A stretch of DNA of 64,000 nt, from positions 94,178,001-94,242,000 of the forward strand of contig NC_043004.1 of NCBI RefSeq assembly GCF_006345805.1, given 5' to 3'. The notes below the pieces were generated by a model. The model was not told the DNA's origin. It ran no database searches and saw only the letters and a list, made by a program, of their open reading frames with translations. Both the position numbers and the translations under genes were made by a program. Shown here piece after piece: positions 26,103 to 40,401 of the stretch. Origin of the DNA: Octopus sinensis (lineage: Eukaryota). How positions within the stretch are numbered: the first letter of the stretch is position 1; each line of letters starts with the position of its first letter.

Positions 26103-26364
26103 GTAAGATGGCGGTTGAAGAAAATGAGAGAAAAGACACCGTTGTTTTGATGTGAATCCATATATCACATTTCACTTGACAGAAATAGATTAGAACCGAT
26201 ATATTATTTCACTGTCAAGGTTTGTGAAGAGTCAGTAAGAACCTTCAAGCTACATTTTTAAACACCGAGACTTATTCTGTTTGATATTTGTCTCGGCTGA
26301 AAAGCTGAAAGGACTGTTTGTTCCTTTTAAGTCTACCGTGAGATAGCTAGATAGACAGTCAGAC

Positions 26365-26446
<82 letters not shown>

Positions 26447-26639
26447 GGAGAGAGAGATATGATAGATAGATTTATACATAGATACAAACACACACATACA
26501 CACATACATACACACATACACACATATATACATACATGTAGTTATATATATATGTACATATGCAAGGTTCCTCAATTAAATATCAATTCAACCGAATCTA
26601 TTAATTAATTTATAAATATATATATATATAAGAATTAAG

Positions 26640-27793
26640 GTAGTAGAAAAATACAACATGGACAAGAACGTAAACTCATAGAAGACGAACAATAAACATG
26701 GACAGGACATTGAACCCTCAGTCTTCAGTCAAAGAACCGGATCATCGTAGTAATTGGCGCTGATAATCTTGAGATACTAGATCACGGCCAGCCCTCCAAG
26801 AAAAACTAGGCTTGGAAGCGTTAGATTTCTGAAGAAGGACGACGAATGCATACGAACACCAGGCAGCAAAAGGACAGATATAAAAAAAAAACAAAAAACA
26901 ATAATGGAATACAGAAACATGAAATACAGAAGCATTAACGGTGAAAACAACAAGTGTCTTACGACTGATAACAAGCAAACAAAATTTTTCTCTGGCGCAT
27001 TGGAAAAGCCTTTATAGCGGCGGACGAAGAACAACGATGTTAACACGACGAGGGTCAGGAGCTGAAAGGCAGATTTCGGCCCAACAGTCACGTGACAGAG
27101 AAGAGGGAAAAGAAAAGAAAGAGAAGCAAAGGAAGAGAGAGAGAGAAAAAGGGGGACAAAACGCAACAAAGAGAGAGAAGAGAGAGAAAGAAGGAATCAG
27201 AGAGGAGAAGGGATGGGTGTCGAAGAATGACCTGTGAGTGCAGAGCGAGACAAAGAATAGGAGGGTAGTGGAAGACTAGACCAAAGGATCAGAGGAAAGA
27301 GAAGATGAATAGAGAGAAAGTAAAAATGAGAGAGAGAGAGAGAGACAAACAGAGAGTCGTACCAATTATTAAGAATATGTGTTCACATTAATGATAAGGG
27401 GGTACGGGGCGCCTGGAATATATGTAAGGTATGTAGAAAAATACAACATGGACAAGAACGTATAACTCATAGAAGACGATACAATAAACATGGACAGGAC
27501 ATTCGAACCCTCAGTCTTCAGTCAAGAACCGGATCATCGTAGTAATAATTTCGGCTGATAATCTTGAGATTACTAGATCACGGCAGCCATCCAAGAAAAA
27601 CTAAGCTGGAAGCGTAGATTCCTGGAAGAAGGATCGAATGCATACGAACACCAGGACAGCAAAAGGGACAGATATAAAAAAAAACAAAAAACAATAATGG
27701 AATACAGAGAAACATGAAATACAGAAGCATATACGGTGAAAAACAACAAGTGTCTTACGACTGATAACAAGCAACAAATTTTTTCTCTGGCGC
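26640..27793. repeat. ~360-bp direct repeat (26640-27000 and 27432-27793), Penelope-like tandem or assembly artefact
   Basis: Colinear copies differing mostly by single-base indels, with a noisy AG tract between them. Confidence 0.7.
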
Positions 27794-27839
27794 ATATATA
27801 TATATATATAATATATAATATATACATACATACATACAT

Positions 27840-27874
<35 letters not shown>

Positions 27875-28198
27875 TATATACGTATGTGCGTGCGTGTGTG
27901 TGTGTGTATGTAAACATAATTAAGGGATTAGCAAAAAGTTGCTTAACCACATACCGAAAATTTAGAAATAGCAGTCAAAACTACTAATTCTTCTACTACA
28001 ATATATCTCTACACACAGTAATACTCGTAAGTCACATAGGCAAAAAGAAGACAAAAATAGCGAAACTAACCAGCCTTCGTTAATCATGTACGCGTTTCAG
28101 GATTAGAATTCTAAAATTCATTTCCTTCGTCAACATGATATTCAAGATTATAAATTTGAAAAAAAATGCTAACATAACTCATGCACGTTCGATCAAGC

Positions 28199-28251
<53 letters not shown>

Positions 28252-28252
28252 A

Positions 28253-28877
28253 CAGTGTACATTTAAACACATAAGAGGCATCCATCATAGGATTCCTTGC
28301 ACGCTAGAGTTAAATTCCAAATCACTATTAGGGATAAAATTCCGAAGGGAATGAAAAATAAAAACATTTACATCCTGGACCAAGGGTTTCAGACTATTTT
28401 TTAGCAAATAAAATAATTTGCTAGGCGAAGTCTTCTTCAGCAGGTACACCTTAGATTAAATATATATGCACGAGGCAATCCAGTATATGCCCCGTGCTTA
28501 TACATTCTAACTTTTCAAATCTACCGCGCAAGCGCAGCTCCTTGTCGGCAGTAAATAAAAAATGCTGGCTTTTCCATTCGAAAATTATCCAGAAAAGAAA
28601 TTATTCATAATTAATATATACTGGAGTATATACTGGATTGCCTCGTGCATATATATTTAATCTAAGGTGTACCTGCTGAAGAAGACTTCATCTAGCTAAT
28701 TATTTTATATGCTAAAAAAAAGTCTGAAACCATTGGTCCAGGTGTTAGATGCTAAATGTTTTTATTTTTCATTCCATTCGAAATTTTATTCGTAATAGTG
28801 GTTTGGAATTTAACTGTTCTCTCTAGCGTGCAAGGAATCCTATGATGGATACCTCTTATGTGTTTAAATGTACACTG
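28253..28877. mobile_element. Long-TIR MITE (Tc1-like CAGTG...CACTG ends, ~245-bp arms)
   Basis: CAGTGTACATTTAAACACATAAGAGG at the left end and its reverse complement at the right end, followed by TA. Confidence 0.85.
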
Positions 28878-28986
28878 TATTTATATGAATAATATATAGT
28901 CTATTGACTAAAATTTCACACGTAGGCCACTGGTAATGGAAATTTCTAATAAATTTGTTTACCCTTTGATTATATAATTATGAGTG

Positions 28987-29058
<72 letters not shown>

Positions 29059-29177
29059 GATATATATATATATATACGATATATATATATATATATATTA
29101 CTAATACGTGGTATATTATATATATTAATATATATATATATCTATATATATATATATATAATATATAATATATATAT

Positions 29178-29240
<63 letters not shown>

Positions 29241-29708
29241 GAGAGAGAAACACACACATATTACTATATATATATAAGTATATATACATACGCACGCACG
29301 TACACACACACACACATGCACACTAAGAATACATTGATTTTCTTTTCCCTATCTATCTCTTTCATTCGTTCACCATCTATAACTGTTGCTTTTTTTTATT
29401 ACATTACCTCCCTAATTTTTCTTTCCCTATTGTAACGTTTAACATTTCTTCTCTTCACTCCTGTTTCTTACGCACCTCATCGTCCCACCTCCACTTCCAC
29501 CTCACATTTCTTCGACTATGCCTTACAATTCCTTATCTACTGACCTGACTACCTCTCTCGCCTGCTATCTCTCTCTCTCCCTCTCTCTCCCTTTCTCTCT
29601 CTCTCTCCCTCTCTCACTAACTCACTCTGACGCTCTCCCACATATCTTTCTTTCTCTCCTTTTCACCTTTCTCAACACACTCATTGCTTTCTCATTCCAA
29701 CTTTACAG

Positions 29709-29954
29709 AAATCAAACAAAAGCAAAACGCGAGCGGATAAATTGTTGATGACAGACTTCATGTAATCGAATGTCGATGATGGCTGTACCGAGAACGATAT
29801 ACTTATACCTTTCCCGTAGATTACCACTTATAAACATTTTAAAGGGAAATGCTAACAGCGTTAGTTTATGCTGTAATCGAGAGACATGGTAAATGCCAAC
29901 GATACGAGTTCTTCCTTGAAAGATACGTATGAGTTCTTCTTTGAAAATAATAAA
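29709..29954 (+). other. Candidate terminal exon / 3' UTR with polyA signal AATAAA (29949-29954)
   Basis: Long pyrimidine tract ending ctcattccaactttacag. All three frames stop within 57 nt. Confidence 0.4.
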
Positions 29955-29999
29955 CAGAGCATATAAACACGCGCGCGCGCGTAGAAATTTTTTTTTTCT

Positions 30000-30233
30000 T
30001 TTAACTGTCTCAGTCATTAGACTGCTGCCACGCTGGAGCACCGCCGTGAAGCATCTTAATCGAGTGAATAGATTCCATCGTATTCTATCGGTTCTTTTGC
30101 CGAACCGCTACGTTACGGGAACGTAAACACCAACACCGGTTGTCAACTGGTGGCGGGGGTCAAACCCACACACAAAGACACGCACACACATTCACACACA
30201 AACACACGGTTACATACACACATACATACATAC

Positions 30234-30286
<53 letters not shown>

Positions 30287-30701
30287 TATATAAAGGGTAA
30301 AGACCCCCTTCGGTCATGAATGACCATGGGATTGCACCTAGAAAGTTACCCTCCTAGACACAAGTCCGGGCAAGGTTGTTTATGGAAGACCAGCAGTCAC
30401 CCATGCATACCAGCCTCCCCTCTCCGCGCCACCAGTGTTATCCAAGGAAAGACAAAGTCGATACAGCTTGGCACCAGTGACACGTCGCAACTCTTCTACA
30501 GCTGAGTGAACTGGAGCAACGTGAAATAAGTGCCTTGCTCAAGAACACAACACGCAGCCCGGTCCGGGATTCGAGCTCACAACCTCACGATCGTAAGCTC
30601 GACGCTCTAACCACTGAGCCATGTGCCTTCACACATATATATATATATATGTATATAATAAAAGTGGCTTATTCGCAATCTGCCTTTCGGTTGTAGATGT
30701 G

Positions 30702-30756
<55 letters not shown>

Positions 30757-30930
30757 GTATGTATACACACATATATCTATTAAAGACGGACAATCAGTTT
30801 CCAAAGACCAAATTTATTCACAGAGTACTGGTCGGACTGGTTATAATAGAAAATACCTGCCAATGGTGTTGTGTAGTGGGATTGAACCCTAAATCAAGTG
30901 GTTGCGAAACGAACTTATTAATCACACAGC
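30000..30930 (-). mobile_element. SINE family 2 interrupted in its TA repeat by a full SINE family 4 copy (30302-30632)
   Basis: Family 4 head GTGAAGGCACATGGCTCAGTGGTTAGAGCG, CORE-like TTCTTGAGCAAGGCACTT segment. Confidence 0.85.
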
Positions 30931-31549
30931 CATACCTGTTCTTTTTCTTTCTGCTTTTTTATTTTTTTCATTTTTTTTTTTTGTTTGGTAGCTACAGAGA
31001 CAAAGGCTACGTAGTTGACATGAAGGAAATGAAAAACGTTTCATTTCGAACGAGATTCTCTCCTTTGCAAACTCTTTCCAGTCATCATCATTGCTCTTTA
31101 AATTCATTATTCAATCACGACTTGACTCGCACTCATTCGCTTCCTTCATTACTCACTCACTCATCACTCACTCACGCATTCATACACTCATCCTCTCCAT
31201 TAGAATTCCGTGTCTGCCCTGTTACACTATCCTTGCTAGACAGACACGGCCACAGATTCAAACAGAGATAGTGACAATGATGTTACGATACGATACCCTC
31301 AGTCTGTTATCTACATTAATAAATGACCAACAGTTTACATACTCCTTACAAAAGCTCTCTCTCCCCCTGTCTCTCTGTCTCTCTCTCTCTCTCTCTTTCT
31401 CTCCATTGCTGGTGTTCCAGACGTCGGTAGATTAGAGAAGGATTTAATTATAGTAATAATTATAATAAATTATCGCTGTGGAACGTTCAGTGTTGTTTTT
31501 TTATTGACTTATCGCTTGATCTGAAGAAGTCTACAATCACAGTCTACTT

Positions 31550-31575
31550 GTTTTACATCATCATCACCATCATCG

Positions 31576-31620
<45 letters not shown>

Positions 31621-31824
31621 CAAACCATCGTTATCCTCACTATTTAATGGATATTATCAGTTGCCATCTTCACCACCACCATCATCATCATTGTCGTCGT
31701 CGTCATCATCAACATCGTCATTATCATCCTTCTTCTTTTCCTCCACCCCCATCTTCATCTATCTTTCACTTCTCAGATTTTTCTAAACGACAGACAGCTC
31801 ATTTCTGAAAATGACGACGACAAC

Positions 31825-31872
<48 letters not shown>

Positions 31873-31950
31873 TGATGATGATGGTGATGATGATGGTGAT
31901 GATGGTGATGGTGATGATGATAATGATGGTGGTGATGATGATGATGTGTG

Positions 31951-31982
<32 letters not shown>

Positions 31983-32250
31983 GATGATGATGATGATGGT
32001 GATGATGGTGATGATGATGATGGTGATGGTGATGATGATAATGATGGTGATGATGACGATGATGATGATGATGATGATGACGATGACGATGATAATGACG
32101 ACGATGATGATGGTGATGTTTATGATGTTGATGATAGTGATGACGATGATGATGTCGATGATGATGATGTAGATGATGACGATGATGATGACGACGATGA
32201 TGATGACGACGATGACCATGACCATGATGATGATGGCGACGACGACAACG
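31550..32250. repeat. (CAT)n and (GAT)n microsatellites
   Basis: Seen directly. Confidence 0.97.
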
Positions 32251-33097
32251 ACCTTTGTTATGGCGACTCATACAGACGACTGAAATGATGACAAGTATGA
32301 TTATATAGTTCTTACCAAAAGGGTGTTATCTGCAGCAGTCCTTCTTCGAATATCGATCGCGATTATTCTTCATCCACAATTTCATTTCGTTCTTGATTCT
32401 ACCAACAGTGTCCGCTTCCACTGGCACAATTTCAACTGTTTTCCATTTCCCTCACCCATACGTTCTTGCAAATTTTATTATTAATCTTTTTATATTTTTG
32501 AATTCTTTCATCTTCTTATTTCACACACTGTATTAACGCGTGGAGGTGCTATATCAGTTATTGTACAATGGCTATCTACAATTTCTATCTTGTAAACAAA
32601 GCTAATTATTAATTTTTTCCCTCTTTGCTACTTTTAGGCAAAATGATGCCTTATTACAACTTTTTGGTAAGACCTTTTTCTGTCGTAAATTAACAACGTG
32701 GCAACAAGACAAAACATAAGAAAGAAATACGCTCCCCTTAATTAACAAAATCTTTTATAAATAGACAGCACACACAAAAAAGATCTTCAAAGAAAATTAC
32801 ATGAACGATTCAAAGAATAATGATGTAGATAGTGTTTCTGAGACAAATAACCATTTATTCAAAGACTGACACAATAACAGTAACAACGACAACACACAGA
32901 CGTTTGTAAATATGACAACAAGCAAGGAAATTCTGGACTTAAATGAGCTCTTATTCGAGCCACAAGATTGACGAAACCGTATTACAAAAGAAAACTCTCT
33001 TTTCTCTCTGCAAGATTTTATCGGAGAACGGGAAAGGAGAACGACTACATACGCATGCCTCACGAAAATGGAAAGAGCCATTTTTTTTAATTGGTGA

Positions 33098-33506
33098 CAG
33101 CAGGAGTGGCTGTGTGGTAAGTAGCTTGCTTACAAACCACATGGTTCCGGGTTCAGTCCCACTGCGTGGCATCTTGGGCAAGTGTCTTCTGCTATAACCC
33201 GGGCCGACCAATGCCTTGTGAGTGGATTTGGTAGACGGAAACTGAAAGAAGCCTGTCGTATATGTATATATATATATATGTATGTGTGTGTGTTTGTGTG
33301 TCTGTGTTTGTGCCCCTAGCATTGCTTGACAGCCGATGCTGGTGTGTTTACGTCCCCGTAACTTAGCGGTTCGGCAAAAGAGACCGATAGAATAAGTACT
33401 GGGCTTACAAAGAATAAGTCCCGGGGTCGAATTGTTCGACTAAAGGCGGTGTTCCAGCATGGCCGCAGTCAAATGACTGAAACAAGTAAAAGAGAGTAAA
33501 AGAGAG
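33098..33506 (+). mobile_element. SINE family 2, full length
   Basis: CAGGAGTGGCTGTGTGGTAAGTAGC head through the GTAAAAGAG tail. Confidence 0.92.
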
Positions 33507-33621
33507 AAAGAGAACAATAAAAGCCAAAGGTCGCGATGGTGGTAGGGGTGGCAGCGGCGACGGCGGCGGTGGTTGTGGTAGTTGCCGTTGTCGTTGTGAT
33601 GATGGTGGTCGTTGTGGTATA

Positions 33622-34132
33622 TAGCCCCAGGTAGGGCAGCGAGCTGGCAGAATCGTTAGCACGCCGGACCAAATGCTTAGCAGTATTTCGTCTGCCGATA
33701 CGTTCTGAGTTCAAATTCCGCCGAGGTCGACTTTGCCTTTCATCCTTTCGGGGTCGATTAAATAAGTACCAGTTACGCACTGGGGTCGATGTAATCGACT
33801 AAATACCTATGTCTGCCCTTGTTTGTCCCCTCTATGTTTAGCCCCTTGTGGGTAATAAAGAAATAGATATATAGCCCCAGGTAGGGCGGCGAGCTGGCAG
33901 AATCGTTAGCACGCCGGACGAAATGCTTAGCAGTATTTCGTCTGCCGCTACGTTCTGAGTTCAAATTCCGCCGAGGTCGACTTTGCCTTTCATCCTTTCG
34001 GGGTCGATTAAATAAGTACCAGTTACGCACTGGGGTCGATGTAATCGAATTAATACGTAAGTCTGACCTTGTTTGTCTCCTCTATGTTTAGCCCGTTGTG
34101 GGTAATAAAGAAATAGGTATGTAGCCCCAGGT
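33622..34132 (+). mobile_element. Tandem dimer of SINE family 1 with three copies of the flanking TAGCCCCAGGT
   Basis: Flank at 33622, 33872 and 34122, an exact 250-bp period. Confidence 0.9.
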
Positions 34133-34843
34133 CATCTCTGAATGGGAAGGTTTATGATCAAAAGTATTCAATCCACGAGCACCTGTAATTTTAGAAGTAT
34201 GTCTATGACCACTTGCATTACGCAAAGTAACCTCTCTCTTCCTTGACCAACAAAGTACATTTTGAAAAAGAATTGACTGCTATTTCCAATAAATTGCGCG
34301 GCTGTCAAGAAGCTCTCTTATTAATAAAGGTAAACTCAATATAATTCACTACGTAGTATTTATTCTTAATTGGCGCACAAACAGACCGAAAGCTCTTCAC
34401 CCACTTCCCACCACCAAACCCAATCTCTTACCAAACTATCACCGTCCTCTCTGCACCTTGCAAATCACCCAGCCATTGTCAAATTACAGTTACTCACGAC
34501 ACATCCACATCGGATTACCGACACCACCACCACCTTCACCTCCACCACCGCCACCAGCAACAACAAGAACAACAACACAATAATCCCCTATTAAAAGCAC
34601 CACCATCACCATCACCATCAAACCACCACTACCACCACCACCACCACCACCATCATTCTCCCCTATAATAATAGTACAGTTGTTACGGCTCTGCAAGGTC
34701 AATCACCAACAATAGATGCCGTTGCATGAAACATGTAAAATCTTTCACACGGTGGCCGTGCATAAGATTTAGAATGCAATAAGGACAAGAGCAACATATA
34801 CGACAATGACCTCTACTCCTCCTCCTCCTTCCTCCTCCTCCTC

Positions 34844-34875
<32 letters not shown>

Positions 34876-34891
34876 GCTGCTGTTGCTGCTG

Positions 34892-34935
<44 letters not shown>

Positions 34936-35042
34936 GCAGCTGCTGCTACAATGATGAAACTAAGAAATCTACCTTAGGCTATTCAACACGGTTGTTTAAT
35001 ATATGTATGTGTTATTTCCTGTCTACTTACAAAGTTGCATTT

Positions 35043-35080
<38 letters not shown>

Positions 35081-35132
35081 TACACACTCACACACTCACA
35101 TACACGCACACACATGTACGCGCACACTTACT

Positions 35133-35175
<43 letters not shown>

Positions 35176-35297
35176 CAAAATAGGATGATTACAATCACCC
35201 TATTTTGAATTATATGGGTAATACCATACCAAATTCTGGTGCCTTTAACTTAAGTACCATATTCAACTGAATCGAAATTTTACTGAACTTATATATA

Positions 35298-35332
<35 letters not shown>

Positions 35333-35425
35333 GTGTGTGTATGTGTGCAGCAAAACAGCTGACATGCATACACACAATTTACAAAACCACACATGCATCC
35401 ATATAATTATACATACATACATACA

Positions 35426-35466
<41 letters not shown>

Positions 35467-35874
35467 ATAGTCTTTTATAGTAATTTATAAACATGCAGAC
35501 ACATATAACTTTACATACATGTGTATGAAAACCATTACCTTGCATATCTCAGGACATACACAATATGTACGCGGTGGGATTAATGTAAGTGGCATTGAGC
35601 TAAAAATGCAGTTTTGAGTAACTTAGAGCATTATTCTTAAGTGTTTGCATTCATATTGAAGTGATATGTATTGGTGAAGCGAGTGCAACGTTTGAAAAAC
35701 TGCAGTAGGGAGTGCGGTACACAAGTTATTCGTACTGATGTTAGAATTAAAGTCACAACGTTTTTAACTCTCTCGCTCTCCGCTCTGATATTGAAGCTTG
35801 GACAGTATACCAGTTCCCATGCATAAAAGCTTAATCATTTCCACATGTCTTGCCTAAAGAAAAGATTCTAAACA

Positions 35875-36170
35875 TAAAAGAGCAGGATAGTGGTGAAAGA
35901 GTACAGCAGGGATACCCCTCCCCTGCCGGAGCGTCGTGGAGCTTTTTAGGTGTTTTCGCTCAATAAACATTCACAACGCCCGGTCTGGGAGTATCAGTTA
36001 ATTATGATTATATTCAACATATTCCCCTCTCAGATTTACACACTTATTGACGCTGCCCTTCAATTTTTCTGACCCCTGTAAAAGAACTCGGAAGGTTGGA
36101 CCTCCAGCTAGGCCTTTCATAAGCCCCTATAAGCCAGGAACTTTTCTGCATCTACTCGTGTATATGAATG
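35875..36170. mobile_element. SINE 3 fragment (minus) joined to a truncated mariner-type MITE
   Basis: GATCAGTTAATTATG...AAAAGAACTCGGAAG-like core shared with 36792 and 47432. Confidence 0.7.
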
Positions 36171-36791
36171 CATATTAGTTTGTGTGTGTGTGTGTGTATT
36201 ATGGAATTAAACGATAGAGTAAATAATCTACAAGAAAAAACTTAATACAATGGAGCAGAGTAAAATAAGATTATTTAAAATATAACTTCACAAATCTTGA
36301 TTCTGCTTTCACGCTTTACCTGTTCTCGAGCAATAAAATAAATGATTCAGCCAACCTTATATTTATTCACGAAATAAATATTTTTGGGCATGTAATACAC
36401 GTTAACAATTTTTAAAAATTTAAGAAGTCAGTTAAAAGTTAACAAGTCAATATTTTTTTTTTCGTCATAAATCGAAAGTTTTCTTAAAATAACATTTTAA
36501 AATGCCTAACGGTTGAATGCCACTCTTGCTTTGCTCTAAACAAATGAAAAACAGATTTATTTGTTTACGGTAGAATATTAAAACAAACGGAAATTTTTGT
36601 TGAAATATTCCATGTATCGCAAGTGAGCGTCAGTGAGCCATGTATATATTAATAATTCTTGTTCCAATCGATTCAAAATATTTTATATTTTTAACGTTCA
36701 CCTCATATTCAACGGATTTTATTTCCAGTATAAATATAAATATAAATACAAATATAACACCATGGATTTTATTCTTCTATTGCTTTATATA

Positions 36792-36995
36792 CCGGGGGGG
36801 GGGGGATGAAAAGTTTCTGGCTTTGGGTAAAAGAAAATACAAGATCAGTTAATTATGGTTTTATTCAATATATTCCTCTCTCAGATTCACACACTTATTG
36901 CAGTTTTTCTAAGCCATGCAATAGAACTCGGAAGACTTGGCCTCCAGCCAGGCGTTTCGTGATATTCTTAAAGCTTGGAACTTTTCAGCACCCCG
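36792..36995. mobile_element. Mariner-type MITE
   Basis: TIRs GGGGATGAAAAGTTTCTGGCTTT / AAAGCTTGGAACTTTTCAGCACCCC. Confidence 0.75.
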
Positions 36996-36997
36996 GA

Positions 36998-37319
36998 GAC
37001 CCCTTCGGTCATGACTGATTATGGGATTGCACCTAGGAAGTTACCCTCCCAGGTACAAGTCCGGGCAAGGTTGTTTATGGAAGACCAGCAGTCGCCCATG
37101 CATACCGATCTCCCCCTCTCCTCGCCAACAATGTTATACAAGGGAAAGGCAAGGGGTCCGGTACAATGTCGCAACTCATTTCTACAGCTGAGTGAACTGG
37201 AGCAACGTGAAATAAAGTTTCTTGCTCAAGAACACAACACGCAGCCCGGTCCGGGATTCGAACACACAACCTCACGATCGTAAGCCCGACGATATAACCA
37301 CTGAGCCATGCGCCATCAC
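36998..37319 (-). mobile_element. SINE family 4, full length
   Basis: Colinear with 30302-30632. Confidence 0.9.
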
Positions 37320-37439
37320 ATTTATGTATATAATCATATAGTATATATTATGTATATATAGTATGTAACATATAGTATATATTATGTATATATTATGTAT
37401 ATCATATAGTATATACATATAGACTTAAAAGGTTGTTGA

Positions 37440-37935
37440 TTATGGTCTGTCAGAAAGTGACTTCAAAATGATCACACCATCAATGGAAAATTTCAATACC
37501 AACTTCCTAAGGCAGTTATGAAAGGCTATCAAGACCAAACACCCAGAAAAACTGATGAATGGGGTCTTGTTTCATTAGGACAATGCTTCAGCACACAAGT
37601 CCTTGGTTTCAATGGCTGCTGTATGTGACTGGCTTTGAACTGGTTGATCATCCTCCCTATGTTAGTGATCTGGTTCCTTCTGGTTATCATCTGTTTCCCA
37701 ACATAGAAAAACACTCAGCTGAGCACCAGTATCACTATGATGAGAACATCTTATCTGTTGTTGATGACCATTTTGATCAACAGAAAAGCTTCTTCACCAG
37801 TGCGACCCAAGCACTGCAACTACTTATGGAAGTGTGTGGACAGTAAGAGGAACTATGTTAGGAAATGAACTTCATTTGGTCACATTCCATTGAGAGTGTC
37901 TTGCTGAGATTATGAACGTTTCAGCCGACCCTCAT
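37440..37935 (+). pseudogene. Mariner transposase 3' relic
   Basis: Decayed LFH*DNASAHK and HPPYVSDLVPSGYHLFP (the mariner HQDNAPAH and YSPDLAP motifs). Confidence 0.85.
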
Positions 37936-38118
37936 TATAATAAAAGTTATTATTATACCTGCATTTGTTTTAATGTTAACGTTGGAAAAATCTACATTTT
38001 TCATTAAAAAATTAGGACCTGGGTTTGCACCCCCTTAGCAAATTTTGTTGCTGGGCCACTGTGTATGTGTGTATGTATGGATGGATGTATGGATGTATAT
38101 ATAACGTATTTCAAGATG

Positions 38119-38231
<113 letters not shown>

Positions 38232-39050
38232 AGTGTATGTATGTCTCGGTGTATATTTGTATGTCTCCGTATCCATGTATATGTATTTCGTGAATATGTA
38301 TAATAATTTGTGTACAACCTACACGATTGCGTCAGATAGTAATCATTCATTCGTGTCCCGAAATCTGGCTTGACTGCAGAAAGTAAATTTACAGCGTGAA
38401 ACAGGTCAACAGATCACTAGTGTTTGGCGTAACCAATTTGATGTTTGTCTGGATTCATTCAGAAACGGGCTGTATTTATACCATTCCTACAAAAGATTAT
38501 AAACATAAATTAATTCCTCTGAACTTGGGTCAATGTTAAGATAAATAATTTTAATGCGTGTAAAGTATGCGTTTACATACATACATACATGCATACATAT
38601 ACACTACATATGTACACACATATATATACATATATATATATACATAGATATAAATATACATATACATACATATACACACACACACACACTCAAGCAAGCG
38701 CGCACGCACACACAGACACACATATATATATATTAGAATGTATGTTACGTAAAATATATACACATCGCATTAACATTATTATATTAACACGTACTCACAT
38801 TTTTGCTGCGCAATTACAAACTTCTGCACATATGTACATATATATATATACATACACACACATACACACACATTCATTCACACACACCCACACACATACA
38901 TATAAGCATACATATATTTGTAAGAATCTCACACACACATATATGCATACATTGTTTACTTTGTTTTACCTAATTCATTTTGTCTGTAAGACCACATTAG
39001 AACAGAATAAGTATCACAGATACGTGATATTTATATATGTATACATATGT

Positions 39051-39463
39051 ACTCTTTTTTCTCTTTTTACTCTTTCTACTTGTTTCAGTCATTTGACTGC
39101 GGCCATGCTGGAGCACCGCCTTTAATCGAGCAACTCGACTCCGGGACTTATTCTTTTGTAAGCCCAGTTCTTATTCTATCGGTCTCTTTTGCCGAACCGC
39201 TAAGTAACGGGGACGTAAACACACCAGCATCGGTTGTCAAGCAATGCTAGGGGGACAAACACAGGCACACAAACACACACACACGCATATATATATACAT
39301 ATATACGACGGGCTTCTTTCAGTTTCCGTCTACCAAATCCACTCACAAGGTTTGGTCGGCTCGAGGCTATAGCAGAAGACACTTGCCCAAGGTGCCACGC
39401 AGTGAGACTGAACCCAGAACCATGTGGTTGGTAAACTAGTTCCTTACCACACAGCCACTCCTG
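39051..39463 (-). mobile_element. SINE family 2, full length
   Basis: Same motifs as the other copies. Confidence 0.92.
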
Positions 39464-39486
39464 TGTATATATTTAAAAGATGAAGA

Positions 39487-39955
39487 TCCCCCTTCCTTTC
39501 GGTCATGAATGGCCACGGGATTAACTAGAGAGTAAGTAGAAAGTTACTCTCCGAAGTCAGAGCAAGGTTGTTTATGGAAGACCAGAAGTCCCCCATGCAC
39601 ACCAGCCTTCTCCACGCCACCGATGTCATCCAAGCGAAAAGCAAAAGCCGATACAGCTGGGCACCAGTGACGACGCAACTCATTTCTACAGCTGAGTCCG
39701 GGCAAAGTTGTTTATGGAAGACCAGCAGTCGCCCATGCATACCGATCACCCCTCTCCTCGTCACCAATGTTATACAAGGGAAAGGCAAGGAGTCCGATAC
39801 AACGTCGCAACTCATTTCTACGGCTGAGTGAACTGGAGCAACGTGAAATAAAGTGTCTTGCTCAAGAACACAATACACAACCAACTCTGTGAATCTATCT
39901 TACTACCTAATGATTGTGCGTCCGACGCTCCAACCATTGAGCCATGCGCCTTCAC
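39487..39955 (-). mobile_element. SINE family 4 with an internal duplication
   Basis: GGTTGTTTATGGAAGACCAG / AGTTGTTTATGGAAGACCAG and CAACTCATTTCTAC each occur twice. Confidence 0.85.
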
Positions 39956-40127
39956 TATGTTTATATATTTACATGTATTATATATGCGTGTGTTTTGATC
40001 TTTGCCTAGTTCTGTGCATGCGCATGCATGTATTTACGTTTGCATGCATTTTTATACTTACATGGTGACAAATATATTTTTAAATTGGATTATTTGAATA
40101 ATTATTCACTCTTCCTCACATATTCTG

Positions 40128-40162
<35 letters not shown>

Positions 40163-40192
40163 ATATATATATAATATATATATATATAAAAC

Positions 40193-40401
40193 TAAATAAG
40201 GGTAGAAATTGATATTAATCAATTAAAACCGGTGGTTTAGCATATTTTTAAAAAATCCGAAGATTAAAAATTGTTTTACATACAAAATTTAGAGGACTGA
40301 CCACTAAAAGTGGACAGCCTATATGCTAAACATAGACGCCAAATCGCCATTATCACGAAGAATGGTTTTAATTGATTAATATCAATTTCTACCCTTATTT
40401 A
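40193..40401. repeat. 209-bp element with perfect 38-bp terminal inverted repeats
   Basis: TAAATAAGGGTAGAAATTGATATTAATCAATTAAAACC and its reverse complement. Confidence 0.85.

Noticed and set aside
26091-26155. Divergent YY1-like motifs (CAGCCATGTT and AAGATGGCGG) and short ORF MAVEENERKDTVVLM
   Set aside because: The ORF stops after 15 codons, and the exon/donor reading explains the site better. Not fully excluded.
32799-33085. Protein-like plus frame with two in-frame TGA codons
   Set aside because: No recognisable family, splice sites or SECIS-like hairpin seen.
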